From the NCBI GenBank assembly GCA_038496445.1, contig JALMLS010000627.1, forward strand, positions 202,972 to 266,971: a stretch of 64,000 bases of DNA, written 5' to 3'. A model generated the notes under the pieces. That model did not search any database, was not told the origin of the DNA, and was given only the letters and a program-made list of their open reading frames with translations. The stretch comes from Trichosphaerium sp. ATCC 40318 (taxonomy: Eukaryota > Protista > Tubulinea). Of this stretch, positions 41,227-52,952 are shown piece by piece. The position numbers and the translations under genes were made by a program. How positions within the stretch are numbered: the first letter of the stretch is position 1; each line of letters starts with the position of its first letter.

Positions 41227-42740
41227 ATGAGTAAAGAAGAGTATGGGAGTATGTTGTAGCGTTATTTAAATGTTTTTAGATTGTTGAGTAAATGCAGGGC
41301 ATTCTATGAAGTAGAAGAGGCCCCTAAAGACTTTGACGCGAACTGCGAGCGAATTAGGTCGTTTATAGCTCAACACACCAAAAATAACACTCCCGTTGCT
41401 CTTGTAACAGTGCGTAAATACTACCGTACTGTTGTATATAGATTTAACCCGAATTAGTCTGGTGGAACAGCAATACCACTCGTACACTGCTACAATTGGT
41501 TATCTTCAACTCACAACGTATAGGAGCGTAACACAGTGCGATTTTTGGATAATTTCAGGTTAGATGGCGCGTTTCAAGTTACCTGTACTAACTCTCGCTA
41601 GTGGTGGTAGTAGAGGGTCCTCATCGGCTGAGTGCGCGATACATGCTATTTTAAATAAGTATGACACAAGTCGTGATGCTGACTCCCATTTTAGGTACTT
41701 TTTAGCTCATGGATACGCCGTTTTATTCATTAGCCGCCGTTTTTCTATTCAACCTTTTGGACGTCATTTTATGCTTCACCTTGAAGACAATTTCGCTAAC
41801 GTCATGCACTTGGAAGATGGAAAAGCAAAAGGTAAGTGTCAACATGTCGAGTGTTTTGTTTTTTATAAGCATTAAAACCTATTGAATACTTTTGCCGCTA
41901 ATCACGTGATAGTGACAACAGAGGCATCTGAAAATTTAGCCAAAGTGTTGATACACTACGAGAAGGTATGTGTACATCCACCAGGCTTGCTCTTTATCGT
42001 GCTTCAGTTTCCCCTTCTGTTATTTTTTTAACAGTATGGAAGTTAGTAATTCTGTGTCACTAGGTGAAAGCGGAGAACAGACTTTTAACTATAAACTACT
42101 TCAGCCTTCAAGATTATTTGTTTTATCTACGCGGTGGATGTCAAGCACTAAATGACCTTGGTAAAAGGTACTTAGAACAACCAGCCAAAAAACCACAAAA
42201 AACCTAACTGAACTTCAAAGAGCACTGATCTATTCTGCAGCTGCAGTTTCAGACTTTTACTTACCACCAAACAAAGTCGTACGTCATATCATATTTCAAT
42301 AATATTTGAACGAAACAAACCGGAAAAAACCCAGAAAATTGTGCCTACACTATCCAAGATTTTAAATTACATGTTGACTCGACGTAACTTTACCCAAGGC
42401 TGAACATAAGATTCAATCTAGCGCAGGACCTCTGTCTTTGGCTTTTACTAATACGCCTAAAATGTTATACCTTGTCACAAATGAATGGTGTCCTAACGCC
42501 TTTATTGTATCGTTTAAACTTGAAACTGATGTTTCAATGTTACCTGGAAAGTCTATGACTGCATTGAAGAGCTATGGACATCAACTGGTTATTGGTAATA
42601 TCTTGGGTACTCATAAGGATGAAGTTACTTTGTTTGAACCTAAAGGAGAGCCTGTTCATATCAAACGTGGTAGTATAGAGATTGAAAAACCTCTTATTGA
42701 TGCTGTCGTAAAGAAGCATTCTGCTTTCTACAAAGTGTAG
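41227..42740 (+). CDS. PPCS: Phosphopantothenate-cysteine ligase, multi-exon
   Basis: [57 protein letters not shown]. Confidence 0.95.
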
Positions 42741-42918
42741 AAAAGATATCAATTTCACGTGATTGATAAAAATAAACTTGTTGTTCAAAGCACATGATCG
42801 CTCAGTTTATTACTTTATATCTTTTAAAATCGATCTGGTGTAATATGTAATCTCCAAATTTAACAATGTAGAATCTCCTTTTTGAACACCACATTTTGAA
42901 CCAAAAAATGACATTGAT

Positions 42919-43894
42919 TTATTTGGAATTGACCCGAGCAATGTCATTTTTAACACTTTGACCATTCTCATACATCCGTTTTATCATCTCTCCTGAGCGT
43001 AACCAATATAAACACTCTCCATTTTTAAAGCCGTTTACACAGGTGTAAGACTCTTTCAGTTGTCCATTATAATACCACTTTTTAACCTCACCGTGCATTT
43101 TGCCATTTACACAATCACATTCTGACCCAAGTTGTCCATTGTCATACCACCACTTACATTTTCCTTCCATTTTACCTTTAACATAAAACATATGTTCGCT
43201 AAGTTGACAATTGTCATACCACTCATAGTAATCTCCTTCTATTTCATCATCAACAGTAACATACACTTGAGATAGGTTACCATTCCTATACCATCGTCTA
43301 ACCTCACCAGTCAAAACATCATCAACGTGATAACACTTTTCATACAATTGTCCATTATTATACCATCTCTTGTGCTCTCCTTCTCTTTACCATTAACAAA
43401 ACTACCACATATCTCCAATTGGCCATTACAATGCCAATGCCTAACCTCTCCATCTATCTTACCTTTTACATAAAACAAACGTTTGTGTAGCTTGCCATTT
43501 CTGTACCAACGCTTATACTCTCCATCAAGTATACCTTCTGAGAAATAGCAATGTTCATATAACTTGCCATTGGCGTACCAATTCTTTGAATCTCCGTCCT
43601 TCAAGCCGTTGACGAAGGTACATTGACGCATCAACTTTTTACGAATGTACTTTTTCCATTTACCATGTTTCGCGTTGTTGTTATCAAATCTAATCATTGA
43701 CGCTTGTTTTGACAATAAAGGCCATTTGTAGTATATTTCTATGTCAAGATCTGTAATATCAAGCTGTAACTCCGTTGGAAGATGCACTATGACGTCGTAT
43801 GGGAGCTCTTGAGACAAAACCTTTAAATTCTAACGTTGGTACTGAATATGTTGTTAAATCATCAACGTACATTTAAACTGCGCTTGCGAGACAT
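42919..43894 (-). CDS. MORN-variant (YwqK-like) repeat protein with F-box-like N-terminus; one 5' intron; frameshift near 43387
   Basis: Exon 1 MSRKRSLN then gtacgt...ag; LPTELQLDI motif; repeats GExKxWYxNGQL...VNG. ORFs 43311-43817 and 42919-43347 join if one A is restored. Confidence 0.8.
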
Positions 43895-44169
43895 CTTCGC
43901 GCTATGAAACGTCAGAAATTAGCCTTGTTAGTTTCAACAGTGTTTCACGCGTTTTCCCTTGCTTAGGGCAGTGTTTACGTAATGCAACTTATTTACACAC
44001 ACTCACAGTGTGCTAGACGTAAAAAATTGGAATAATTGTCGCTACCTTATCACGTGTTCTTAAGACAGTTCAAGAATTGTAAAAAAGCGTTTATGTCTAG
44101 CTATAGCTATTGTGTTGTGTATGAAGGCTATTGTATTTGTTGACTGTTTAAGCCATTACAAGATCATAG

Positions 44170-47100
44170 TAATGATAAGCATTAGAATTTCTAGGTACAC
44201 CGAACAGCCCTTACAGCATTCAATCTTTATCTGACAATAACATTGGCCAGCGCTTGTACCACCGTAACTTATGGTACGATCAAACGTTGTAATCTTATCT
44301 GTGCAATCAGGATCCAAGCTAGCAGCCGCAGCGCACTCTGAAGGGAAGAATGCATCTTTCTTTTCTCTTCTACCATCAAATCGAAGCTATTTGTGACATA
44401 GCTTGGAGACATCGGCATTTGATCCATTGCAACTATGGTGTTTGTTTCCAGTCACGTTCGTCCAAACGTTTCTAGCTCCATTGCAAGCATTCCTGTTTCT
44501 TTATTTATCAATGTTGGTATCTTTGGCTTATTCACAACAATTGGTTCAAGGTCGCAGTTTATACAATCATCAGACAGAGGCCATCTTGGTATGTTCGTTA
44601 ATGATAGGTACTTATTGAGCTCTCTGGTATTGCAGTCAATGCATTTATCTCCGTGCCTCCATGGTATGTTGGTACATATCCTGGGAATGTTTGGCCAGTA
44701 CTTCTCATGTAACATGCTATAAGAAGGTAGCCTTGCTCTTACGGAGAAGCAAACGTTAACGTCTTCTGGGTTCTCAATTGCTGTGATGTTATCAAAGTAC
44801 TAAACAATCGTCATCTACAAGCTTGGCTTCTTTTGTGTATCGCGAAGCAACAGAAAAAGGCATTACATCGATACCTGAGCATGACGACGAACATGTCCGA
44901 GCACAATAAGACAAATCAGTGTAGATTTTTGTACATCCTAGAAAACAAATTAGCAAAAAAAGTTGATTGAAAATGACTCCACGTTCGTACTTCCTGAACT
45001 TCTGTATCTTGGAAAGAAACAGTGATCGACACGACTAAATATTTGTGAGAATACTCAATACTTGTTGGCTCAAAAAGCCGTACGTGTAGGAAGTTACGTT
45101 TTCTTTGATTCCGTAAATATTCTCAACTTGATAGTCAACATAATCTACATCTGTACACTCACGATATCCTTTCCAATACCAATGAACAATATACCGAAAA
45201 CAAATTTCAAAGGGAACAGATACTTCTAAACGTTCAATCGACATACGAAGAAGTGCTTCAGTAACACCAGTAACACCAAGGAAATCATCAAATGCCAAAA
45301 AATCATAGTTTATTCACCTTTTGACAACAATTAAATAAACAAGGTTGAAAATCACATATGATTGTTTTTTTGGGGTGGCCTATACCTTACTTAGTGCACC
45401 TCATTGTGCTCTAAAAGTTACAACATAATTTTAAGAGTCAATTTTTTTACACAACTTTATTACAACAAAGACTCCAAATCCAGTAACAACGAGTCAATTC
45501 GTTCGCTGTACCGAAGCAAATTAAAAAACCCAACGCAACGCTCAAGGTTACGCCTTTCATCGTACACCGCTTCAAATCGCCGCCGGCTAACAGCTTGTCT
45601 CATAGCCAAGGCTATTTTTTTGTTTGGTAGAATAATTGAAAGGTCCCTAGTCGCGTAGGGGGGCTTTCCCAGTAGCTGTCTCCAGTCCTTGAGACTAAAT
45701 ACCGGTTCATACGGTATACGCAACTTTCTAGCTAACGCGGTTGCAATTCTATCCAACTCATTGCTGAGGTGGTTACTTTTCCTCAAGCCCAAAAAAATTT
45801 TACTTTTTCGTTCCTATACACACATTAGCTAAAAAACTAAATTGTTCTTTTGAATACCTCTAGAACGTTGCTTTTGCCCTCTATCATGGCAATCATTCCT
45901 TTCCTGGACAACGTTTTAGGGACAATGACAATGTGCTAACACGTACGATTTAAAAAGCAGCGGTTTTTTCGCTGCTGGGAGCTTTATCCCGTTCATAAAC
46001 AGATGAACCCCCCCTTTTTAGATTCATCCGCTACCTTGCGGCGTTTATTTGTTCTACGGCAGTGGTTAGTTGTTTTTTGACAATTTAATAGATCCAATCT
46101 GCTATAAATACACAATGGACAGATAAAACGCCAAAAGTGGTGCGTCTGTCTTGTTGACAATAAACGTGTGACGTAATAGCGTTTGCAGCAAAAATCGTTG
46201 AGTTGAAATAACAAGTAAAACAAACAAGCGAACTACGTACTTTTTGACCGTGTCGTTTCCTCTTTGACGTTTCATTTGCTTTTAATCTCTTACTGTTTTT
46301 AGCTGTTAAGGTTAAGTCATTAAGTTATGCAAGGGCTTGTGTGTTTGAATGAGGTGTGGTTCTCCAACAACAAATGAACGTAATCATGTCAATGACCTGC
46401 GTGAAGTATAACACAATACATTGGCACGAGGTTTTTCAGCTAACGGCACAAAAAATACTGTTAGGTAGCGCCCTATACCCAGCAAACATACGCAAAGCAA
46501 CAGTACAGAAACAATTGGCCTTGATGATGAAGATGAGCTGTTTGGATCATCCATCGGAGCCTTAGTACCCCCACTAGAAGGTACAGTTGTATTGTCATTT
46601 ATGACAAGGGGCTTGGGTTGCTGTCAAGCATCGACAGAAGCGCAAGAAAGTTAGACTTTCCAAAAAAAAGCAAAAAGGTTTCTGTACCCGTCTTCATCGC
46701 TAGTGCCCTTTGCATCACATGTTACTCTGTCATTTGAACGTTCTTGCAATTCACACCTCGTATCGTCATTGTAGCAAAATCCTGCTGTACTCTGTGTTGT
46801 GCCAAGAGCACTACATCCGCTGAGGAATGGCTTCTTGCATAGGAATCCGGATAATTTCAATTCTGAGTTTATCTTATCAATACCATTTGTACGTTCCAAC
46901 GATACCAAATCACATCGGAGATTCTCAATCTCACATCGCTCAGTACAAGACTGTCCGACCTTAAAGAAAAAAAGTAAGCAAAAAGCCGTAATGTTTCTAC
47001 ATATCGTACGTCTGTTTGGAACCACCCAGTGTTTGTAGGAAGATTCAGTGGATTCTGTCATTGCAAAGTCGCCATCAATATTTGGCCACCAAAAGTCTCC

Positions 47101-47835
47101 AGTATTAGCGTCACCGCTCTTTATTAATGCTCTGAATGTGATTGTCCCTGTGCCCTTTGGTGGGGCGATAAACAAAATAGTTGACCGTAGGGCTTCAGTT
47201 GAGCGCTTGCATGCATCAATGTGTTGGCACAAGTACTGTGATTGTAACTCCAAGGCAACTGGAAAACAGCTAAACACACTTTGTAAGCGATCCGAAAAGA
47301 CAAGAAAAGGTAGCTCAAAAACCGTTCACGCACGTGGGAAATCGTCTGGTAACTTCCATTCACCCACGTGATTATTGTTTTCATCTTCAGCATACCTAAA
47401 GCGCAGTATTAGTCCGTGGTTTAGGCGATAAGGGAAAAGACCAAGACAGGTTTGTAAACGTACATCATTAATCCTCTGTACTTTGACCAGTACTTCAAGG
47501 TTAAAACGGTTATGTCGATGATACTCCCAGGTATGTACTCTTTCTGAGGGTATTTTCTTTACCGGCAAAGACCATATACTTATCAGTACGAACTGTTTTC
47601 GTTGCCCAACTCATAATTGGTTTTGGTGTAGTATCACATCTCAAGCGGTTTGGTACTTGTATTTTCTTGCCTCTGTTTATTGTTTTATTTCTCCAATCTG
47701 TTGGAGGGCAACCCCACATCGTTGAAGTGGCGTCACAAGTGAAAACTGTATCATGACTAGCACTTGAAGCTGAAAGCGAACTCGTAACAAGAAAACTAAA
47801 GCAACCACAACGCAGTAGTATAATACCGCTGACAT
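44170..47835 (-). pseudogene. Decayed secreted Cys-rich protein gene with a reeler-like domain
   Basis: Signal peptide at ATG 47835; reeler-like YIPGSIIDITV..KYRGLMMYAED..VGEW and APPKGTGTITFRALI; Cys-rich modules. At least 5 frame breaks (47548, 47190, near 47030, near 46625, near 44490) and an in-frame TAG at 44387-44389. Confidence 0.7.
45460..46275 (-). CDS. Nested spliced orphan gene (about 180 aa, basic NLS-like N-terminus) inside the reeler pseudogene
   Basis: ATG 46275 MKRQRGNDTVK; three GT-AG introns give a continuous frame into ORF 45460-45792 if the G7 run at 46008-46014 is off by one base. Confidence 0.5.
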
Positions 47836-49191
47836 TGTTATCTAGAGCAAGATTAGAAAGTTCTCTTTGTCAGAAAAAAAAGATCACGTGTCTGTACAAA
47901 ATAGTACTTTTAAGCTAAATCAAGATAAATGTACCTTGTTTTATCCAAAGCGATCAGCGTTGCTGTTTGATGCAGTTTGTTTTGAAAAAAAAGAAAAACA
48001 AAACTAGTACAACAGTGCACATTTGAGCTGAAACGAGAGGGGAAGTTTGCTACACAAAGAAATCGGTATAAACCAATTGATTGGTAACTATACAAAACAA
48101 TTACATACACATAAAAGTTTGGGCCACGATTTGGGTCAAAGTATTATGCTATTGGCTGCGGGACATTAGTTTTCTCGCACAATTTTCTTTACTTGAAATA
48201 GTACTTATTATTAGTCCGGAAGCTAACACAGTACCACTGCGAATATGATACGCATACAAAGTTCTATGTGAGTTCAAGAAAAAATAGAAAAAAATGACAT
48301 TTAACAGAATTATGTGTAGAACCTACCTCGAAAAACGTGGTTGTACTACTTTCGACATCAAAAAGATATTTGCCAGCTCTGAAAAACAGTTTTTGATAAG
48401 TACAAGAATGTGAGACTTGAGGAAAACCTACAAAAGCATGTATTGTTATGTTACTTGATAGATAGCATGAAGACATTGCTGCCTTTTTGTTTGCTTCTAG
48501 CCGCTGTTGTAGCCATTGTCAAAGTAGGTTGATGGCCCATATACTTCACTGACTATCATGTATTCGCTGGCAGTAATCTGTAAACTCAACGGAACTACTT
48601 CGGATTTGACTATTGATACACACGACTCAAGTGCGTTTTTGTTCATCGCCTGTTTGAGCATGTAGTTTGTTTTAGTTACCGCCAATCACCCGTCATTAAC
48701 AGTATAAGGCATTAAAGTGTTTAGGCTATGAGTAATGATGGATTGTCTTGTCGATAACAGCTCCTACTTTTCTTCAAATTATACAAAGAAACCAAAACCT
48801 CCACGTTTGTACGAGCATTTGTAAATTCGACACTAAGTCAAAACAAAACGTCTCTTTAAAATTAGAAACACAGTTTTTGAAGACTAAGAACATTCCAATG
48901 CAATTTCCACCAGAAAAGTACAGTTGATGGTATGTGCTAGTTCAGCTGCTCTTGTGTTATAACGTTACAGTAGCGTCGCTACTGAAAAGTCTACTTCTCG
49001 AAAAATCTCCGCAATACGTTTTTCGTCATTCCCGGTTTGGGTGTTGCACAAAAGTACTTTGCGTTTCAATAGAGTATTGGCGGTAGTTCATAGTACTGTT
49101 GTAGTATAGTTTTGTACTGGTTGGTGTTCAAGCAAAAGAGGAAAAAGTCAAGTTTGGTTATTTCCGGATAAACAGTATACTAACACCAAGT

Positions 49192-50466
49192 ATGAAGCTA
49201 TTCCTTGTTTTTCTTGCCACACTAGCCTTCTGTATTGCACAAAACCCAGAGGGTTGCCAACAATGCAAGAGTGTACGTACTAGTGCTTTGTCTGCTTGAA
49301 ATTCTTCTTATCTTACTCTCTGATAGCTTGTTGCTGAAGCCGAACAGTTAATGGAGCGTAACCACGATAAAACAGTGATGATTGGTTATATCAAATTCGT
49401 ATGCGACTTTGTAACTAAGGGATCGCTCAACAAGAAAGTACGTCGATAAAACTATCGGAAACCAGTTTTAGCGTTCGAATCTCATTGTATTCTAGTGCGC
49501 TGAGCTTGCAAACACTCTCTATGACAATAAAACTGCCCCAGAAAACTTTTGCGTACTATTTGAAGTATGTCCGGCACCAAAGGTACTCAAAAGACGCAAT
49601 TACTTGTTTTGTCAAGATTTTTTCCTAACTTTTCGTTCTCTTTAAAGGTAGAAGAAGAGCCTGTTGGCGGAATTGTTCAATGCCAACTTTGCGAAACAGC
49701 TGTACACGCACTTGACGGATATTTGGCCAAAAACGCTAGCGTTGAAAAGATTCATGATGCGCTTACTAAACTATGTGATGCCCTTGGTGGTGCAGCTTCA
49801 GTTTTCGTGCGTCTTTTTCAAGGATTTCAAGCGGGAAAAGAAGAAAGTTGTTTTTTTGTCCTTGTTTTTGAGTCTTTTGCGTTCCTGTTCATTTTTTTAA
49901 CATACCGATGTAGTGTGATACTTTTAATACCGTAGAAAATATCAAGAAGGTTGTAGGACAACTTGAGAAGAAGTACAGTGCTAAAAAAATCTGCACAATG
50001 GCAGTACGTGACACTCGCTACTCCTTCATTTTGATAAAATAATGGCATTTTGTTCAACCTTATATACTCATTTACTGTAGCACTTGTGTGATGCTTCAGC
50101 TCTTTTGGCCGTCACTCCAACATACACTACATCCCAAGGTTGCTCTTTCTGCAAAGTCGCCTATTCTTCCGTTGAAAAGTGGGTAGCATCTAACTCTACT
50201 GTTGAATTTATTCATGAAAAACTTGATGAAGTATGTGATTCACTTCCAGCTTCTTTCCATAAAATTTGCAAATCTGTTACTACAACTGAGTACATTTCCG
50301 AACTAATCAAGTACGTAAAGCCCAAAACAAAAGCTATATGCTCGTGTGAGACATTTTTGTTCCGTTTTTGTTCTTTAATTTCCGTCTTGGCTAACACGCT
50401 TTTGTTAGAAGTGTTGAAGCCTATCACACACCAGAGGAAGCATGTGAAAGCATTGAATTGTGTTAA
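49192..50466 (+). CDS. Secreted protein with three saposin-B domains, multi-exon
   Basis: Signal peptide MKLFLVFLATLAFCIA; CQQCK, CQLCE and CSFCK domain starts with SapB cysteine spacing (LDEVCDSLP...ICK...PEEACESIELC). Confidence 0.9.
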
Positions 50467-50739
50467 GATACTACCAAAATAAAAGCAAAACCGAGTTCCA
50501 GCTATTGCACCTATAGTTTTTGTATGCAACAGTGTTACCTCTACTTTTCTTTTCTGCTACTTTTAACTGTATCCGTCACGGACTGTTGTTCTCTAGGCCA
50601 TGAAAGCAGCTAAAATATCAAGTGAAGCAATCAACATCTAATTAAGTGATATTAAATAACTCTTTTTGACATGTTAGAAAAAACTATTTATTCGCTTCTG
50701 ATAAGTAGTTTATTACAGAAGTTGTAAAATACATCCAAG

Positions 50740-52305
50740 CTATATAAGTACCTGTACACCAGATAGTGACTTTACAGCTTCATTTGTTAAAGAGTTGCAA
50801 TAGCTCAATCTTATTTTTCTTGTTCCCACATTGTTAAAAGCCTTTAAAGCTTCATCTGTAACATTTGTACCAGTTAAATCAACATGATATACACCCGCCA
50901 ATGACTTGATACCCTCATCTGTTATTGATCTACAAAATTGTAAACAGATGTGGTTTACTCCTACCAACGCCTTTAAACCTTCATCTGTTACGTTTGTATT
51001 TGATAAATCTATCTCATGTACACCCACCAATGCTGCAATACCCTCACTTGTTATTGACATACACATTTTTAAATAAATAGTGTGTACTCCAGACAATGCC
51101 TTTAAGCCTTCATCTGTAACATTTGTACGTGCTAAATCAATGTGATGCACACCAGCCAATGCCTTTAAACCTTCATCCGTTACATTTGTATTTGATAAAT
51201 TGATCTCATGCACACCTGCCAACGCCTTAATACCTTCATCTGTAATTGATCTACAATGACACAGCGTAATGTCATGAACACCCGCTAGCTTCTTCAAACC
51301 CTCATCAGTTACATCAGTATGTTTTAAAGCTATTGTATGTACTCCAGCCAGTGCCTTGATACCCTCATCAGTTACCATGGTATTGCTCAAATCAATCGTA
51401 TGAATGCCAGCCAACAACTTGATACCCTCATTTGTTATCAAGTCACAACCGCTCAAGCAAATAGCATGTGCGCTGTCTGCCAATGACTTTAAACTATCAT
51501 CAGTCACTTGAGTGCCATCTAAAACGATTGTATGTACACCAGATAAAGCCTTGATGCCTTCATCAGTTATCAATGAATTCTCCAAGGAGATACAATGCAC
51601 TCCTGCCAAAGCCTTAAAACCGTTATTTGTTATATTGGTTTGTTGTAAACTTATTGTGTGTACACCTGCCAGTTCAGCGACACCTTTATCGGTTATTGAT
51701 GAACAATAATCCAAGTTGATAGTATGTACTCCTGCTAGTGACTTTATACCTTCATCAGTCACAGATGTCTCTTCTAGATCTATTTCATGTACACCTGCCA
51801 ATGCCTTGATACCTTCATCTGTAATTAACTTGCAGAACCACAAACTGATAGTATGTACGCCTGATAGCGCTTTCAGACCTTCATCAGTAACATTTGTATA
51901 ATCTAAGATAATTGTGTGTACACCAGACAAAGCTTTGATGCCATCATCTGTTATCAATTTGAATTGATTCAAGTAGATAGTGTGTACACCTGCAAGAAGG
52001 CTCAAGTGACTATCAGTAAGCTTTTTTCTAAGAACATCCAAGTAAATAGGAGTATTCTGAAGCAAAACGCTACCAGACAGCTTTCCCAACTCGTTTTCGC
52101 TTGAGACTTCAATTTTATCGTAGCCTACGTGGTTTTGAACTATCTCAAGCATAAAATGGCATGTTTGTGCTGAACGGTGCTTAAACGTCCCATATTTAAG
52201 AATTTGTACTATAATTTCGACTGGCAGCGCAAAGAGGTCAAACAAGTAACCATCGGGACTATATTTCGTTTGCTGTATACTTGTATTGCTAAATTCATGT
52301 TCCAT
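50740..52305 (-). CDS. F-box + short-LRR protein (LRR4), intact and intronless, about 19 repeats
   Basis: 521-aa ORF; F-box-like LFALPVEIIVQILKY; regular 21/22-aa repeats. Confidence 0.9.
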   Translation of the reverse strand: MEHEFSNTSIQQTKYSPDGYLFDLFALPVEIIVQILKYGTFKHRSAQTCHFMLEIVQNHVGYDKIEVSSENELGKLSGSVLLQNTPIYLDVLRKKLTDSHLSLLAGVHTIYLNQFKLITDDGIKALSGVHTIILDYTNVTDEGLKALSGVHTISLWFCKLITDEGIKALAGVHEIDLEETSVTDEGIKSLAGVHTINLDYCSSITDKGVAELAGVHTISLQQTNITNNGFKALAGVHCISLENSLITDEGIKALSGVHTIVLDGTQVTDDSLKSLADSAHAICLSGCDLITNEGIKLLAGIHTIDLSNTMVTDEGIKALAGVHTIALKHTDVTDEGLKKLAGVHDITLCHCRSITDEGIKALAGVHEINLSNTNVTDEGLKALAGVHHIDLARTNVTDEGLKALSGVHTIYLKMCMSITSEGIAALVGVHEIDLSNTNVTDEGLKALVGVNHICLQFCRSITDEGIKSLAGVYHVDLTGTNVTDEALKAFNNVGTRKIRLSYCNSLTNEAVKSLSGVQVLI

Positions 52306-52556
52306 ACTGCGCGACAGTAGAACACAGTTTGGGATTGCTTGTGTGATTTGATGGACTGAAGAAACTAATGACTTTTTTTACCTGCTCTTGTATTTTTCAT
52401 ATTAATACGCTTAAGAGAAACTGCAACAATACGCAAATGACTTTAAAACATAAGAGATGTAATGACAAAACGTTTCTAACGTATTTGCAAACAGCTCTAT
52501 ACCTCCAAGGAACGTTTTCTATTAACGTTGTTGGTGTTATTGTGAGTGAGTATAGT

Positions 52557-52790
52557 CAAAGTACTGCGTGGAGTCCATACAATTAATCTTCATAGGACTA
52601 TAGCAGATGAAGGCATCAAACCATTGGCTGTGGTGGACATACCATTGATCTTGGTTGCACTCACGTGACAGACAAACGTATCAAAGCATTGGCTGGAGTT
52701 CATACTTGTTTACTTGAAGACACTCAAGTGACAAATACAGGCATAAGTTTTCTATCTGATGCTCATACGGTCTATTACAGGGTTTACAAA
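52557..52790 (+). pseudogene. Isolated fragment of about 3 LRR units, inverted relative to LRR4
   Basis: Translates to KVLRGVHTINLHRTIADEGIKPLA, then after a frameshift GHTIDLGCTHVTDKRIKALAGVHTCLLEDTQVTNTGI. No F-box and no start codon recognised. Confidence 0.8.
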
Positions 52791-52952
52791 TTACTGCAGT
52801 GATGGAATATCTTGTATGGTAGCAAAAGTATTGCTATTACAATGTAACTCAAAACGCTTGTAAGTTCTATAAATAACCTACAAAAACAAAGAACAAGATG
52901 TATAACAAAACTTGTAGTTAAATAAGGTATGAAATGTAGTGCAGTGTTTACT

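Noticed and set aside
39720-43894. Integrated giant-virus segment
   Set aside because: No viral hallmark genes; the virus-like repeat genes are single and interleaved with intron-rich host genes such as PPCS.
46300-46330. piggyBac-like TTAA ends around the nested gene
   Set aside because: TTAA is frequent in AT-rich DNA and no matching inverted terminus was found near 45300-45400.
44170-47835. C-insertion RNA editing or programmed frameshifting in the reeler gene
   Set aside because: Two missing Cs are suggestive, but the gene also has opposite-sign frame breaks and an in-frame stop; decay or assembly error is simpler.
50740-52000. 63/66-nt periodic repeats with variable cores resembling a CRISPR-like array
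   Set aside because: They are in-frame LRR coding units with synonymous variation; no cas genes and a eukaryotic context.
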